DNA of 49,945 bases from Craspedostauros australis (taxonomy: Eukaryota): assembly GCA_030167865.1 (NCBI GenBank), contig JALAGF010005131.1, positions 1 to 49,945 on the forward strand. Direction: 5' to 3'. Shown here piece by piece: positions 1 through 12,690 of this stretch. The first letter of the stretch is position 1, and each line of letters opens with the position of its first letter. Both the position numbers and the translations under genes were made by a program. Under the pieces are notes generated by a model. That model ran no database searches and was not told where the DNA came from. It saw only the letters and a program-made list of their open reading frames with translations.

Positions 1-477
1 TTCAGATCCCGGTTAACACGCGTCCTTGCTGGCAGATTCGTCCTTGTTGCTGGTTTCGTATGAACTACCAGCAGCCAGTTTGGCTGCAGCAAGGTCCATG
101 ATGTCTTCGAGAGGAGCCAGAGGAGGGCTGTTGGTCTCTGTGAGAGGTTTGATGCCTCCTCTCTGCATCTGCGAGTGAATCATTGCTGCAATCTTCGCCT
201 CGTAGTCGGATGATGTTGAAGAAGAGAGGTCGACGGCACGGACCNNNNNNNNNNNNNNNNNNNNNNNNNNNNNNNNNNNNNNNNNNNNNNNNNNGAAGAA
301 GAGAGGTCGACGGCACGGACCTCGCCATTCTTGACACCTTCGGAACGATTCGTGTAGACATCGCTGGATGCCAGGCTGTATGTTTCACTTGCGCTGCTCT
401 CTGCCGACGGACGCGACTGCTTGCTGCCACTGGCGTTCTGCGCTATTTCCGCTGCTGTTCCACCGACGGATGATGAT

Positions 478-2220
478 CTATCGCATGTGTTGGAAGATGA
501 TGCAGCTGCTGCTGCCACGGCCGCTGGAGCGCCAACTGCGGCTGCTCCGACCACGATCCCCAGAAATGAAATTTCCGTCGCTGGTGCTGCCATTGGCACG
601 GTTGGAGCGTGACTCTCCGTTCGAGTACGTCGAATCGTCGTAGTATACCGATCCGCTTGACAACGTGTCGTTGCACCATGTAGGCCTGTGTGACGAGCTG
701 GCTCCTGTGATCACGCTTGGTCGGCGGTGTTCGTGGAATTGTTGCGTGCTGGACGAGTCTGATTCGTTGAAGCGGACCGACTTTTGCGATCCTTCATCTA
801 TGACCGAAACGGCCCGCACTTCGATGTTGTCGGTCTGTTCTCCNCTGTCGGTAGCTTGCGTCATGGTCACAGCTGGGGGTTCGGCATTTCGTGCCAATTT
901 CTCGGCCTGCTGTTGGTCGTTCGACTGCTGGTCGGCCTCGGACCCAGAAGACAAGGATGCAGAACGTGCTGCTTGCGCCGATTGCAGGTGGTTTGGAGCA
1001 AGCACACGGTTTGCAACGTATGCTCCCGCTAGAAGCTCGATGCCTGTTGCAGAGGCNNNNNNNNNNNNNNNNNNNNNNNNNNNNNNNNNNNNNNNNNNNN
1101 NNNNNNCCGATCCGCTTGACAACGTGTCGTTGCACCATGTAGGCCTGTGTGACGAGCTGGCTCCTGTGATCACGCTTGGTCGGCGGTGTTCGTGGAATTG
1201 TTGCGTGCTGGACGAGTCTGATTCGTTGAAGCGGACCGACTTTTGCGATCCTTCATCTATGACCGAAACGGCCCGCACTTCGATGTTGTCGGTCTGTTCT
1301 CCACTGTCGGTAGCTTGCGTCATGGTCACAGCTGGGGGTTCGGCATTTCGTGCCAATTTCTCGGCCTGCTGTTGGTCGTTCGACTGCTGGTCGGCCTCGG
1401 ACCCAGAAGACAAGGATGCAGAACGTGCTGCTTGCGCCGATTGCAGGTGGTTTGGAGCAAGCACACGGTTTGCAACGTATGCTCCCGCTAGAAGCTCGAT
1501 GCCTGTTGCAGAGGCTGTTGGCGACGCGATTCGGACCTGCATCATGCTGTTGTCGCGTCGCTGGTTGGAGACGCGATCTGTGACGTCCATGGATGTGGTC
1601 TGACCATCATGATTGTTGTGAATGCTTGAGATGGTGTTCTTTTCGACGCCGGCACTCGCATTCTTGCTTTGTCCAATGCTGGATGGTGGTTCTTTGCCAA
1701 GCGAATTGTTGTAGAACGTTGGCATCGACCGACTGGCAGCAATTGCACCAAAAGCCGCCACCGCCTGCTTACCACGCATCTTTCTGACCGAAGTGGGTGC
1801 AGGGATGACAGATACCGAGCCTTCCGCCTCTTTCCTGGACAGTGCCACAATGGCAGGGTTGTTTCGGTTTTGGTTCTCTTCGGCTCGGACGGAGCTCGAC
1901 GCCACCGAGCATGCGCTGGCTGTGCCGTGTTGAGTGGAGGGTGTGGACTTGACTGAAGTGGCTCCGCTGCCTGCCGTCGTGGCATTGCGTTGGTCGACGG
2001 AGGTTGCGGTTGGCGTTGCTGCTTTGAGCACAGTGGGGGTGTTGTTCAATTGAGCGTCCGTAGTTTCCCCACCCTTCTCTGACTTGGATGCATCATTGCC
2101 AGCAGCCTTTCTTCCAAACATCGTCCCTACAAATCCCAACGTCGCGGACACAAGGCCCAGTTTGGCCCCTTGCTTGCGCTGCTGCTGCTGCTGCTGCTGC
2201 TGCGATGGCAAAGATGACAC
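478..2220 (-). CDS. Hypothetical Ser/Gln-rich low-complexity protein, probably running off the window start; ends uncertain
   Basis: Long ORF with no recognisable domain, inflated by the gap-associated duplication 648-1515. Similar composition continues in another frame (180..599), implying a frameshift or intron near 480-600. The ORF starts on GTG rather than ATG. Confidence 0.35.
   Translation of the reverse strand: MSSLPSQQQQQQQQRKQGAKLGLVSATLGFVGTMFGRKAAGNDASKSEKGGETTDAQLNNTPTVLKAATPTATSVDQRNATTAGSGATSVKSTPSTQHGTASACSVASSSVRAEENQNRNNPAIVALSRKEAEGSVSVIPAPTSVRKMRGKQAVAAFGAIAASRSMPTFYNNSLGKEPPSSIGQSKNASAGVEKNTISSIHNNHDGQTTSMDVTDRVSNQRRDNSMMQVRIASPTASATGIELLAGAYVANRVLAPNHLQSAQAARSASLSSGSEADQQSNDQQQAEKLARNAEPPAVTMTQATDSGEQTDNIEVRAVSVIDEGSQKSVRFNESDSSSTQQFHEHRRPSVITGASSSHRPTWCNDTLSSGSXXXXXXXXXXXXXXXXXASATGIELLAGAYVANRVLAPNHLQSAQAARSASLSSGSEADQQSNDQQQAEKLARNAEPPAVTMTQATDXGEQTDNIEVRAVSVIDEGSQKSVRFNESDSSSTQQFHEHRRPSVITGASSSHRPTWCNDTLSSGSVYYDDSTYSNGESRSNRANGSTSDGNFISGDRGRSSRSWRSSGRGSSSCIIFQHMR
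648..1515. repeat. 409-bp exact direct duplication across a 50-N gap (likely scaffolding artefact)
   Basis: 648-1056 equals 1107-1515, separated only by Ns at 1057-1106. Confidence 0.85.
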
Positions 2221-3027
2221 TGTAGCATCGTGTGTGCTCGTTGCATCGCACAGTCATCATCTTGTCTCGCGGAGGAAGAGTAGCACGATGTCTCTTCCTC
2301 TGTTGTGACTCGTTTTGCATGACGTGGAATCCGTTCCCTGTGACGTAGAAGACGGATCAGCGAGAGCAAACACGAAATAGCTCTAAATATCCAATCGCCG
2401 TTTCTCCCAAAAGCAAGCAAGCCAGTGGCAACGAGGGGCCAAAACTCCACAACTAGTGTTATCGCGAGTGCATCAACTGCGATCTGGACCTCGTACGACT
2501 AGTCGTACCATCCTGAATCGCGTTGGGAACTGGCGCGTTGGTATTTTCGTTGGCGTTTCCCTCACTTTTTGGATTGTCTCATTCTACGGATTGTGGTTGG
2601 TGGTGGACATGCGATCCTGAGTCACGAATTAGACAAATGTCGTAGAGATAGTCCTGCGACATGGAACACATAATACCACTGTAAAATGCGGTTCCATCTC
2701 ACGCGCAACAGAACATCTGACCAATAACTACGATCTATCGCTCCATCGATCAACATCTGCGGAGTTCTCGTGAGGACACGTGCTTTTTTATCTTCGTTGC
2801 GTTTGTTCCAAGACCACATTTGGCCACTTTTGGTCACAAAATGGCTTGGATCGGTTGCGGGCCATTCGTTTTTTGTGCGAAGTTGGTCGCTCCAAGGGAG
2901 GGAAAACCGGATGACGATGTCGAAGGGACGTGGCAGCGTTAAATAGTACGAACGACTTCGTACGCGTGCGCAGGTGCACAAAAGCCACTGCGACGGACAC
3001 GAGGGGTCCACGGAAACAACACCCACG

Positions 3028-3089
3028 ATTGTCTTTCTAGTTGGTGGGCGTGCAGCAATTGTCTTTCTAGTTGGTGGGCGTGCAGCAAT
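3028..3089. repeat. 30-bp perfect tandem duplication
   Basis: ATTGTCTTTCTAGTTGGTGGGCGTGCAGCA occurs twice in tandem. Confidence 0.9.
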
Positions 3090-4286
3090 GGAAAGGCGAT
3101 GGTGGACACACACAATACTCGCACGTTGCATGCAACTTGCGTGGAGAGGGAGACGACAGTACCCTGTGTGCCTTCGGCTGTTGTTTGCCCATGAACACAT
3201 AGAACAGCCCACTTGCACAACACAACCACAACCACACAAACACACAACAGCGGACGCGAACACGACAATCCTGTATGACAAGTGCCATGCTCCACTGACT
3301 TGTACACGAAACACAAAAATTGTACCAAACTGCACAGAGAGATCATATCTCTTCACGACACCAACTGCCTCTTCCTGGAACACAGTACCATCATCTGACA
3401 TTGCCTCTGTTGTCTGGCAACGTACCTACTCTCACTGGTATTATTATCCAATCGCGGCAGTATCTTGCGGACCAAAGAAACGAAGAGGAGGGAAGGGAAC
3501 AACACAACCTCCCCAAAGCACCGCATCGAATCGCATTGCATCGCATCGTCCGTCGTTGCCGTCTCATCCGTGGAATCGTCGACCAACCCAAACCTCTGCG
3601 ACCAGACAACGCAACCTTCGCGGCTTAAGGTCCTTGTGCAGTTTTGCGAGGGGCCCAACATTCTTGAACCTGGAATCGGCATTCTGCATGCCGCATTGCC
3701 CCGATTCATTGTCGACTCAACTTTCAACAGCAACAACAACGACGGCATCACCATCGATTCTGGAATTTGTCCAAACCCACACAAACAGGTGAAAAGCAAC
3801 CTTCGTTTCACGACACACGAGGGCAATTGGATCAAGATCAGAACAGCAACCGACACACCATCTCTGTCGTCAACGTTGGCGATTCGCTTTGCTGTTGAGT
3901 GGCGCAACGCTTTCAGGAGTCTCCCAAACCAAACTCTTTGCACCCCAACAATTCGAGAGCGCAGTATCACTTCCTGCTTCGATTCCATTGACTCGCACAC
4001 ACAATTCAACTTCTCGTCCGGAGCGAAGCATTGGTCGTTGGCATCATCAGCACAGAGCACAACCGAGCGCAAAAATTCCAAGCCTCTTTCTTTGGGCGGT
4101 ATCGACGCTACGTCGGGAACAAGGCAACACCCAAACCAGCGAGGCATTTATTGACAGTCGAACACGGTGTCAATTCTGGGGCAATTCCTCATCCTGGCTG
4201 TCCATCACACCATACATCACAGACATCAAACTCGAACCTCTTCCCTTTGGAAGATCGACACGACGACATCAATCGAAATTGACAAC

Positions 4287-7200
4287 ATGAGCACTGCGAC
4301 TGAAAGCGCCGAGCCGTCGCGAATAGTGCACAGAGATGCGGAAACACACAGGAGTAGCGACAAAGGAATTCATGACAATGGTGCAGCAGAGAACGACGAC
4401 GATCGCAACGTGGCATCCAAAGCAAGAGACAACGAGGAAGCGAGCATGGGCGACGACGACACTGATTCTTGCGCAACATTCCCATCGCCTACTTCCGCAG
4501 TCACCACAACTGCCCTCGGCGCTGCACTTCGGTCGAGAACTGTGACGATGAAACCGAATACAACGCGGAATCGAAGGATGGGAAACGCAGCCACTGACCA
4601 GGCTGCCAAACACAAGCCGGGGATGGATCAGTTCTGCGCGGACAGCAATACCGTGGAGATGAAGGAGCCACCCAAGTCTCGATGCGATAGCGACAATGCC
4701 GAGAGTGAAGTGGCGTTGCACCGTGACGATGACGGCGAGCAAGCGATCGCCGACCACCCAAACAATGCAAAGACTGCAAGTCACGATCCCACAACTTGCT
4801 GTAGGAAAGGTCGTTCAACACAAGCTGATGCAGGCGAATCAGAGCAGCCGACGACGGTCACTGACGAAGGAGTGCAATCACGGGCACAATCCCCGTCGTC
4901 ACCAACGCCACAGCAGCGATCGCAGGACGAATCGCAACAACGGGCCCCATCATTGCCCGGAGAGAAGAAATCAAGCAAAGACGCAACGCCAAAATCAACG
5001 TCAACGTCAACGTCAACAGCAACGAGCAAGCCGGGAAACAGAGAAGTCTCCACAAAAGAACACAAAACAACCCAATCACAATGGACAATGAGACAAAAAG
5101 AGATAGAGCGAGAGATATCGAAGCAAGAGTGTCGGCTTCACTGGGTGTACGAAATCGTCCGTTCTGGCAACAAGTCCAACATTCCGACCAAGTTCGGCAA
5201 ATTGAGAGATTCCAACCCTTTTTGCCAACGATTTTCGGAGGCCGACATCCGTGCGATGGCAACCGAATCCACAAATCGGACACGCAGAGATCAGACGACC
5301 AACAAGAGAAAGCACAGGCCATATGACTCCGTGACGACAGAGCGCGCGAAGCAAATGCGACACGGAAGTCAACTGCATGCGACGGCCCAGTCTCAGCCAA
5401 CGATGGAACCCACCCAGCGTACAATGCAAGCATTCACGCCTCCCCCCACATTCGCACGCGTCGGAACGAGGGCGACTCCTGGCTGGAGCAATCGTGAATC
5501 TCACGCAAACCAGTACAATGCTCTACATCGTATCGAGCGATCGACTCAGCAAGCGCCTAGGGGAACCATCGAAAGATGGGGGAATGGAAATACGCGCAGC
5601 GTGACCGTACCCTTACCAGCAAACACGCCGGCTCCAACGCCGCCCTTCAGGATAGCGGTAGACCAAAATACAGCCGGCGCAGGTGCGGCTGGTGTTCATC
5701 AGTATCTCAAATCAAACTCCCCCTTGGGGTTATCACCGACCTTGGTTGGGAATGGCAGGCAGCGTTTGCAGGGAGATCTCCCAACCGTTCCGCAAGCAGA
5801 CCAACCGGGATTTCTCCCCAATGCAATGATTCCAAATACGACGGGGGCGAATGGCGGCAGCGCACCACGTCCACCCGCTCCTCCTGCTGCGGCTGCTGCT
5901 GCTTCACTTCTGCAAGGTGTGACTGACAAGCAGAAGAAACCTAAAGAAGCAAGTCCCCTGGTGAACTTTGCCGCTGCGACCCGAAGATTCATGCCCACGC
6001 TCAACGTAGTGGAGAGAGAGGTGTACAGCCGGCTGATTGCGCAATACCTCCATGAGGATAGCACCGGCAAAGCCGGCATCCACAAGCTCTCCAAAAGGAG
6101 GCCCAAGCGACTTGCCCTACAGATCTTCGAGCCGAAATCCTTCAGCACGAGGCCAGATTTCTACGAAGACACGAATAAGAATGGGGTGATTTTCGAGCCC
6201 GGTCCAAACGGTGAGTCGTTGCAGACACATTTTGCGTTCTGCTTTACCGACGTTCTTACGAATACGAATTTGGCCACACACATGGGTTGTCGTACTTACC
6301 GCACTCTGCTCCATGAAACTCGGTTCTACTCTCCTTTCCTTGCTCATCCTCCGTACCTCCTTCGCACACTATCGGCAACATGAGCACACAGACATGGTTT
6401 TTGGAAACCTCATGGGATTGACGCAGCATGTCGGGTGTAAGAGGTTTCGGCATTGGATCAAACTGCACCAGAAGCAATACGAAAATCTCACTGAGCAGCA
6501 TGATAAGTTCGAGATGCTTCAAGATCTTGCCCATGACTGGGTCAATAGGCAGTACCCGCCCGGGCGGTTTCTCATTCCCCATTATCTCCCACCCGGACGC
6601 AACGGCGATGCGCAGGGCGATGCAAACAAGACAGCCATGAAACCAGCAGGTCCAGATCCAAACCAACGCACAGTCTTGTGCTATCAGCATCTTGACGCGC
6701 AGACGACAATCGTGAATCTGGCGTATGAGATCAGCTGTCGCTTCGAAGGGAGTTGGGAGGCTATTCTGAAAATGAAAGCGGCCAGCGCAGAATGCGGATC
6801 TCACCGGGCCGACGCAAACCAAATGCCGTCTGACGACACTGCACCAGCTGGCACTAGAACGGATCAAGAAGATACGCGCTTTATGGATGCTGAAGAAGAT
6901 GAAGAAAGTGAACTCAATGCCAGCAACTCCGTGCGGACAGCCCAGGGTCGTGCACCGAACAATCCGGTGCTGTACATCATCTTCCCGCCACCAGGGCACG
7001 GGCTTCTGGTGTCCAAACTGAGAGAGCACACAAAGGAACTGAAGGATGACGTTGACAAGGCACATTACAAGTCGCCATTCTTCGTTAGCCATACCAACCA
7101 GATCCGCTCCACAATCGCAAAGGTGATTGACTACTGCGAGGAGCTCAAGTATCATCGGAAGCTCAATCCCTATTACTGTGCTCCGAAACCTCATCTCGCG

Positions 7201-8721
7201 CACACCCATGGCAACGGACGGGGAGAAGATGGTTACGAAAGTGGACAGAGCGAAGGTGATGCGACGAATCACCCCGATCAATTGAAGATCGGAAGGGTGC
7301 TACTGAGCCTGATTGAAGCGATCGGAGATGTCAAGAATGCATCCGTGGGATCGCAGGAGCATCGATTGTTAGGATTTCTCCTCGTTCGAAAACGCGGGGC
7401 TTTACTACAGCAGCTGAAGGCGGCGAAGAAGCGGTCTCGTGAACGGCTGATGATCCACCGGAGGATTCAAACCCTCGATTTGTTCTTTGCTGCCGCAATT
7501 CAGAACCAAACCTTCGAGAGATGCCTCGGACCTGGGTGCGGAACAACAGACAAGCGTGTTGGCAAAAGTGACAACAACGACGTTGCCGAAGATGCAGATT
7601 TCTTCCCCATTTCCAAATCAAATGAACACCGTGGTCACATTGGCATGCCTGGGAGCAACCAACATCGACCATTTGCCCATCAGGATGGTCTGGCGAATCG
7701 CGCTCAAATACTTCCCTCTGCAGGTGTTGCCGGCAATCGATTCGAAACGGTGGGAGCATCTCCACTCCAGCAAGGCTCACCCCACTTTGTTCACGTGCCA
7801 TTAGGTTACATGGACCTGAAGAAGGCACAGAAAGTGAAGAATTCCACCAAGGCGCTAAGGCGTCACAACGCAGTTCTCACTCAACAGATTGCGCAATCGC
7901 AGGGTGCGATCGCACGGACTCACCCTTCCGTAACTCCCCAAGTCAGACATGCTAACATGCTGGGTATGAACACCAACTATACCAACAGCGGATTGCTGAA
8001 TCGGTTCCTCGCACCAAACGAGGCAACCATCAATGCATCGAACCACGCAAGGAAGATTGGTATGAGCAACACAATGAACAGCATGATGGACAGCATGATG
8101 AACAACGCCATGAACAGTCCAATGAACATGACAGCGAATCCACCGCAGCACAACCACGCGCCTCAGTTGGCTATGCGTAACGCCACATCACCTGTGTACC
8201 CACTCAGAACTGTAAAGCCTGGACGGAGCGATGGTCTTATGTCTGCAAGGGTGCTTGCCATGGGGCAGCATCAAACAATTCATGCACAAGTCTCTGCTCA
8301 AAATGAGTGGGGCGAAAGTCAAGATGAGGAGTCTGCGGCATCATCTCAACATTCAGGCGACAACCTGCCAATCCCAGAACCCACCTCCTCTGCTTCAATT
8401 CAACGTACAGCGTCGGTTGCGTCATTTTCGTCATCGGGATCAGGATCTGTTTCATCACGGTCGACGTACTCTTCCGCATCCTCGTCGTCACGATCGTCGT
8501 CGTCGTTGCCACCGCCTCCGCTGCAAGAAACGAGAGCACAAGTCAAGTGCGAACCGATGCCGCCGATGGTACGAAGAACACCCGTGCCCGTTCCTGCGCC
8601 GACGGTAACGACAACGGTAACACCGACATTTGCACAAGATGCAGTCGGCGCAACAGCCGCTATGGGACAATCCGACGAGCTGTCGCAAAATTCGCAAGAG
8701 CAGATCTTCAACCAATTGTAG
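4287..8721 (+). CDS. Large low-complexity protein with a diatom-type DUF6824 domain (exons 4287-6210 and 6392-8721)
   Basis: Splicing GTGAGT(6211)..CACAG(6391) joins the two long ORFs in frame. The join gives EPGPNDMVFGNLMGLTQHVGCKRFRHWIKLHQKQY...K...PPGRFL, matching the DUF6824 pattern (P..DV..G......H.GN..FR.......Y...GRFL). Confidence 0.75.
6211..6391 (+). other. Spliceosomal intron, 181 nt, phase 1
   Basis: GTGAGT donor and CAG acceptor; removal restores frame and motif. Confidence 0.8.
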
Positions 8722-10017
8722 ACGGCCGAGCAAACGATGCCTCCGCAACAGATGCCAGAGTTGGCTCCGCCTGGTGCTCAAACCGACCCAGCTATGTCCG
8801 CAAAGAGTAAGTTGAAGCGTTGCAAGTGTCATGAGTCCAATTCCTGTGGAGTACACAGGCTACCGGGACTCCACGGTATTCGTCCTCCACTCAGAGCATA
8901 TTAGTACATTCGATGAAAGCAGACGTGGATAAACATACCATTTCCATGTGAGAAATGACAACGATCCCGCCAACAGTGGCGATGCTTGTGATGTATGACA
9001 ATACCAATACAAAGATCCATGCATATCGAACCCGTCGGCTAACTGACAGACCACCCGCTTGATTCCTTGCTAACAAGTCATGTTCTCCTCTCTGCTGTGC
9101 TATGCTATCTTCAAATCCACAGAAAATCGGACGATGAACGTGTAACTTCAAGGTGGAGGTAGGATCGACGATCATGGTTTGTTTCAGAGTGTACCGCAGC
9201 AGTTCGCTCAGATCTTCTTCCTCGCCCCAACCACAAAACGTCCGAAAGGCGGCGCTGGAGATTTGCAGACTTTGGGAACAGAACGGCGGGACCTTCCTCA
9301 AGGCGGATACGCCCAGCCTCCGCGTTTCGACGAGTCAGGAAGCAAGCATTGAGATTCAAATGACTTACGAAATGCATCTTGCGCACATGCAGATCACGAA
9401 GCTCACCGCCTAGAAATGACGATGAGCAGTTGCTCGTGATGATGGTCCCCCTCACGTGCCATGCGACGGACTGCATCGTTCTTCTGGACAAGCGCAGACG
9501 CCTGTCGAAAGAACTGACAAACACCCACAAGACAGCGCGACGACGGCGTCTGCTGCGGTCTCTCGGTCCAAGATAACACAAGTGTGCGCCATTGCGCATT
9601 CGTTCGTTCGTTCGTTCGTTCTGCCGTTTCTCCAACGGTTCGAATGCTGCGTCGGCATGGCGACGTAATCGGTCCGTGCTCGTACGAGGACAACATAGAT
9701 AGAGAGTCTTTGTTTTGACAGTAGCATTGTTTACAGGTACGACTGTTCTGTGACTGTGCGCAGGTGCGATGTTCATGCTGACGAACAACGCGCTGGGTTG
9801 TAGAAATGGTGCAGCACAGCGCAGTACTCCATGCAGATGAATGGAATGGAGCGGAGCGAAGCAGAGTTGAGTGGAGAACTTCGATTTTATCACGCATTAA
9901 CACTGAGCCGCCAAACCACGAGTAGAATCGATGGTCACGTCTTCTTCGGCTGTCTCCCATGAGCTTGCTTGATTCGGACGGCGACTACGGATGCCGCCAA
10001 CATTGCGTGCCTGCCCG

Positions 10018-10947
10018 TCACACAATGGGCGTGCAGCATTCCAGCAGGACGAGGAGATCATCGGAGCAGGCAACGGTCTGCGCGGCCGATTGGAGCCGAA
10101 GCTTGGCATCACGTTCCTTGTCAGTGACGAGCAAATCATCGAGAGATGCACGTGCGAGGTCAGTGCTGGACTCCGGCGGGTCCATGCTGCGGCTCTGCGG
10201 CACGTCGGGTAGGGGTCTCTTCGTCTCTGGTGCTGCGTCTGGTGCCACCTGTGTTACCGCATCGGATGCCACATCTGCTGTTCCTTCCAATGGCATCGCC
10301 TCCGTCTGTGCCTCCGCGATTGCTTCGAGCGTCGACGTCGGCATGATCTCGATCTGATCATTCGCATCCACCTCGAAGGAGATGCTGAGATCCATCTCCT
10401 TCGTTTCTTCTCCCTCCTTAACCGCCGCCTCGCCAGCATCGGCACGCATCTCCAGATCCTGCAGCAACGTCCGGATCGACTTGCCCTGCGTCAGGTCCTC
10501 GATGATGGCATTGACGTAGGCTCCGTAGGCGTCGACGAGTCCCAGCGACTTTTGCAGCAATCGTTGCGTCAGCAGCGTGCGCAGCTGCTCGGCGTTGCGG
10601 TTGTCGTCTCCTGCTTCGAATGCCGCGACCTTACGTTGCGCGTGCTCCAACTTGGCAACGAGATCCGCGAAATGCCCCACGAAGTGGCTGTTGGCAAAGT
10701 CCTCGTTCTGCGTGAGGAAGAGCTGCGGGAAGGCGTCGCTGTTGAATCGTGCAGCGAGCTGCCGCGTCAGCGTGGACAGCTTGTCGTCGTGCACGTCAAA
10801 GTAGAGCGGAGCGATGTCATGGTCCTTGAGAATGGACATGGCCACGGTGGTCTCTTGGGACACTGTCGCATCGCCGGTGTGGCTCAGCACGAGCAGCGAT
10901 GTCGTGATGGGTTCCTGCGCATTGGGCGTTGTGGTCGTCATCGTCAT
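10018..10947 (-). CDS. Protein with N-terminal SH3BGR/glutaredoxin-like (thioredoxin-fold) domain and acidic tail
   Basis: Likely ATG at 10947. Motif ..LYFDV..FPQLF..FVGHFADL resembles glutaredoxin-like PQxF..xGxxxL; no CxxC. Confidence 0.5.
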   Translation of the reverse strand: MTMTTTTPNAQEPITTSLLVLSHTGDATVSQETTVAMSILKDHDIAPLYFDVHDDKLSTLTRQLAARFNSDAFPQLFLTQNEDFANSHFVGHFADLVAKLEHAQRKVAAFEAGDDNRNAEQLRTLLTQRLLQKSLGLVDAYGAYVNAIIEDLTQGKSIRTLLQDLEMRADAGEAAVKEGEETKEMDLSISFEVDANDQIEIMPTSTLEAIAEAQTEAMPLEGTADVASDAVTQVAPDAAPETKRPLPDVPQSRSMDPPESSTDLARASLDDLLVTDKERDAKLRLQSAAQTVACSDDLLVLLECCTPIV

Positions 10948-11701
10948 CGTCTTAACTTGCGTCTTAAGTTGCGTCTTAAGTTGCGTCGTGTTATGACTTG
11001 ACTTAGCTTGAGATTGACCTGACTTTGTTATCAGAATTATGACAGCGGGTGTCGGCAAGCAACGCCCGCGATGAGCTGTTTGCGCTACCAATCCATGGTC
11101 GTCCACAGCGCGTATCCAATGATGACCCACCAAGGGCAACGCGATGAGAAATTTGGGTGCGCATGAAGTAGGTGCGACGCGTTTGCCGCCATCCTCTCGT
11201 GTGTGCCAATTCACACTTTTCTTGGTAAAACGACCAAGTTGAAATGTGAGGGGCGTTATAATGACGTTATCAGACTCGTTTGAGAGGCGCCAAAATGTCA
11301 CGCACAGTTGTGTGCAGGCCGTCAGCAATTTTGGTGGCGGAAGGGCCGAGACACGTGGAGGAGTCAAGATGACACCACACGTCAGCGTCCCAGAAGGATC
11401 CAAACCACACGAACCAGAGGGTGTGATCAAGAGAAGGAGGCAATCAAAGGCAAACACAAAGAGGAGAGAGGACCATGCGACCAAGGCAACAACACACAAC
11501 ACACAACCCAATACTCGAGCACATCAACAACAGACATCGAATTGCCACGCATCTTCATCACACAGTGCACGGTACTCATACTGATACAAGCCAGTACAGA
11601 CACCACCATCGATATCTCAGCAATAGGCAGCTCAGACTACACACTTCCTCGACAGCCAATCCCACGTCAATCGTCCAGCAACCATTGACCATTCTCTCAA
11701 A

Positions 11702-12325
11702 ATGCCGAGTGTTACGAACAAACAACTCATTGATGCTGCCTGGACAGGTGACTTGTCGGTGCTGAAGGAATGGAAGAAGCAGACAACGATGCAGAACGAA
11801 GGAGTTGATATCAACTGCAATACCAACCATGGTGATAATCCCCTTCAATACGCATGCTTCAGTGGCCACCTGGAGTGTGTGAAGTACCTCATCGAATCAT
11901 GCGAGGCGAACATCAACTGGAAAGACGAAAATGGAAACACACCCCTTCATGACGCATGCTTGCGTGGCCACCTGGAGTGTATCGAGTACCTCACCAAATC
12001 AGGTGGAGCGAACATCAACTGCCAAAACAACAATGGTAACACTCCCCTTCATTGGGCATGCCGCCACGGCCACCTGGAGTGTGTGGAGTCCCTCATTAGA
12101 GGACTTTCGCCTTCAGTTCACCCACAACTGCAACAATCGCAACAGCAGTTGAAGCGAAAGAGGCAAGAGAATGAACACAAACACAGTAGCCACAAGAGGA
12201 CCAACATCGCATCGGAGAAGACCGCCTCAGATCTTTCTGAACCGAGAACAGGACAGGCACTATCTTCTTGTGTGGACAGGACGACCAACAACGACCAATC
12301 AAGGCAAACTCCAGAGTCCTCATGA
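11702..12325 (+). CDS. Ankyrin-repeat protein copy A (N-cap, 3 repeats, Gln-rich coil); truncated ankyrin-BTB gene
   Basis: GxTPLHxACxxGHLECVxYL repeats of 34 aa. A 1-bp deletion at ~12208 relative to copies B and C shifts the tail out of the BTB frame. Confidence 0.85.
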   Translation: MPSVTNKQLIDAAWTGDLSVLKEWKKQTTMQNEGVDINCNTNHGDNPLQYACFSGHLECVKYLIESCEANINWKDENGNTPLHDACLRGHLECIEYLTKSGGANINCQNNNGNTPLHWACRHGHLECVESLIRGLSPSVHPQLQQSQQQLKRKRQENEHKHSSHKRTNIASEKTASDLSEPRTGQALSSCVDRTTNNDQSRQTPESS

Positions 12326-12690
12326 TCACCGTCCCATCCATTCAGACATTAATCAGCTCTGGAATCCAACATCACCACACAAATGATGGCACCGAATGTC
12401 AATAGGACTGAGTGAGTGAATCAATGTTGTTCGCTAATATTTATGAGAGATTGTATTGATTAGCGCTGGAGTTGCGGAAAGGATTCCTGATCGTAGCTTG
12501 CCTGTCTCTAGCAGAAAAGTGGGCGCGAGGTGCATAGCGTTCTGGCGATGGACAGGCGAGTCACGGGCGGGACTGGAATCAGCACCGAAGACGGCGTGGC
12601 CCCATGCAAGCAACCATCTCTCTTCCCAACCTTCAACCAAAGCACGTCCGATACGTCCTCCAATGCATCTACACAGGTGAGATGTCCTTC
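12210..12690 (+). pseudogene. Decayed BTB/POZ-like domain of copy A
   Basis: Reconstructed as TIFLCGQDDQQRPIKANSRVLMITVPSIQTLI...ATISLPNLQPKHVRYVLQCIYTGEMSF; broken by frameshifts, a TGA and an LTR insertion. Confidence 0.7.
12397..12584 (-). mobile_element. Solo LTR, 188 bp, 5-bp TSD CCGAA
   Basis: TG...CA ends; CCGAA at 12392-12396 and 12585-12589; absent from paralogous copy C (25511-25530). Strand inferred only from the ...TTGACA end shared with the Copia LTR. Confidence 0.75.

Noticed and set aside
218..1515. Apparent internal tandem duplications in the first gene (27 bp around gap 245-294; 409 bp around gap 1057-1106)
   Set aside because: Identical copies abutting fixed 50-N gaps indicate unmerged contig overlaps, not biology.
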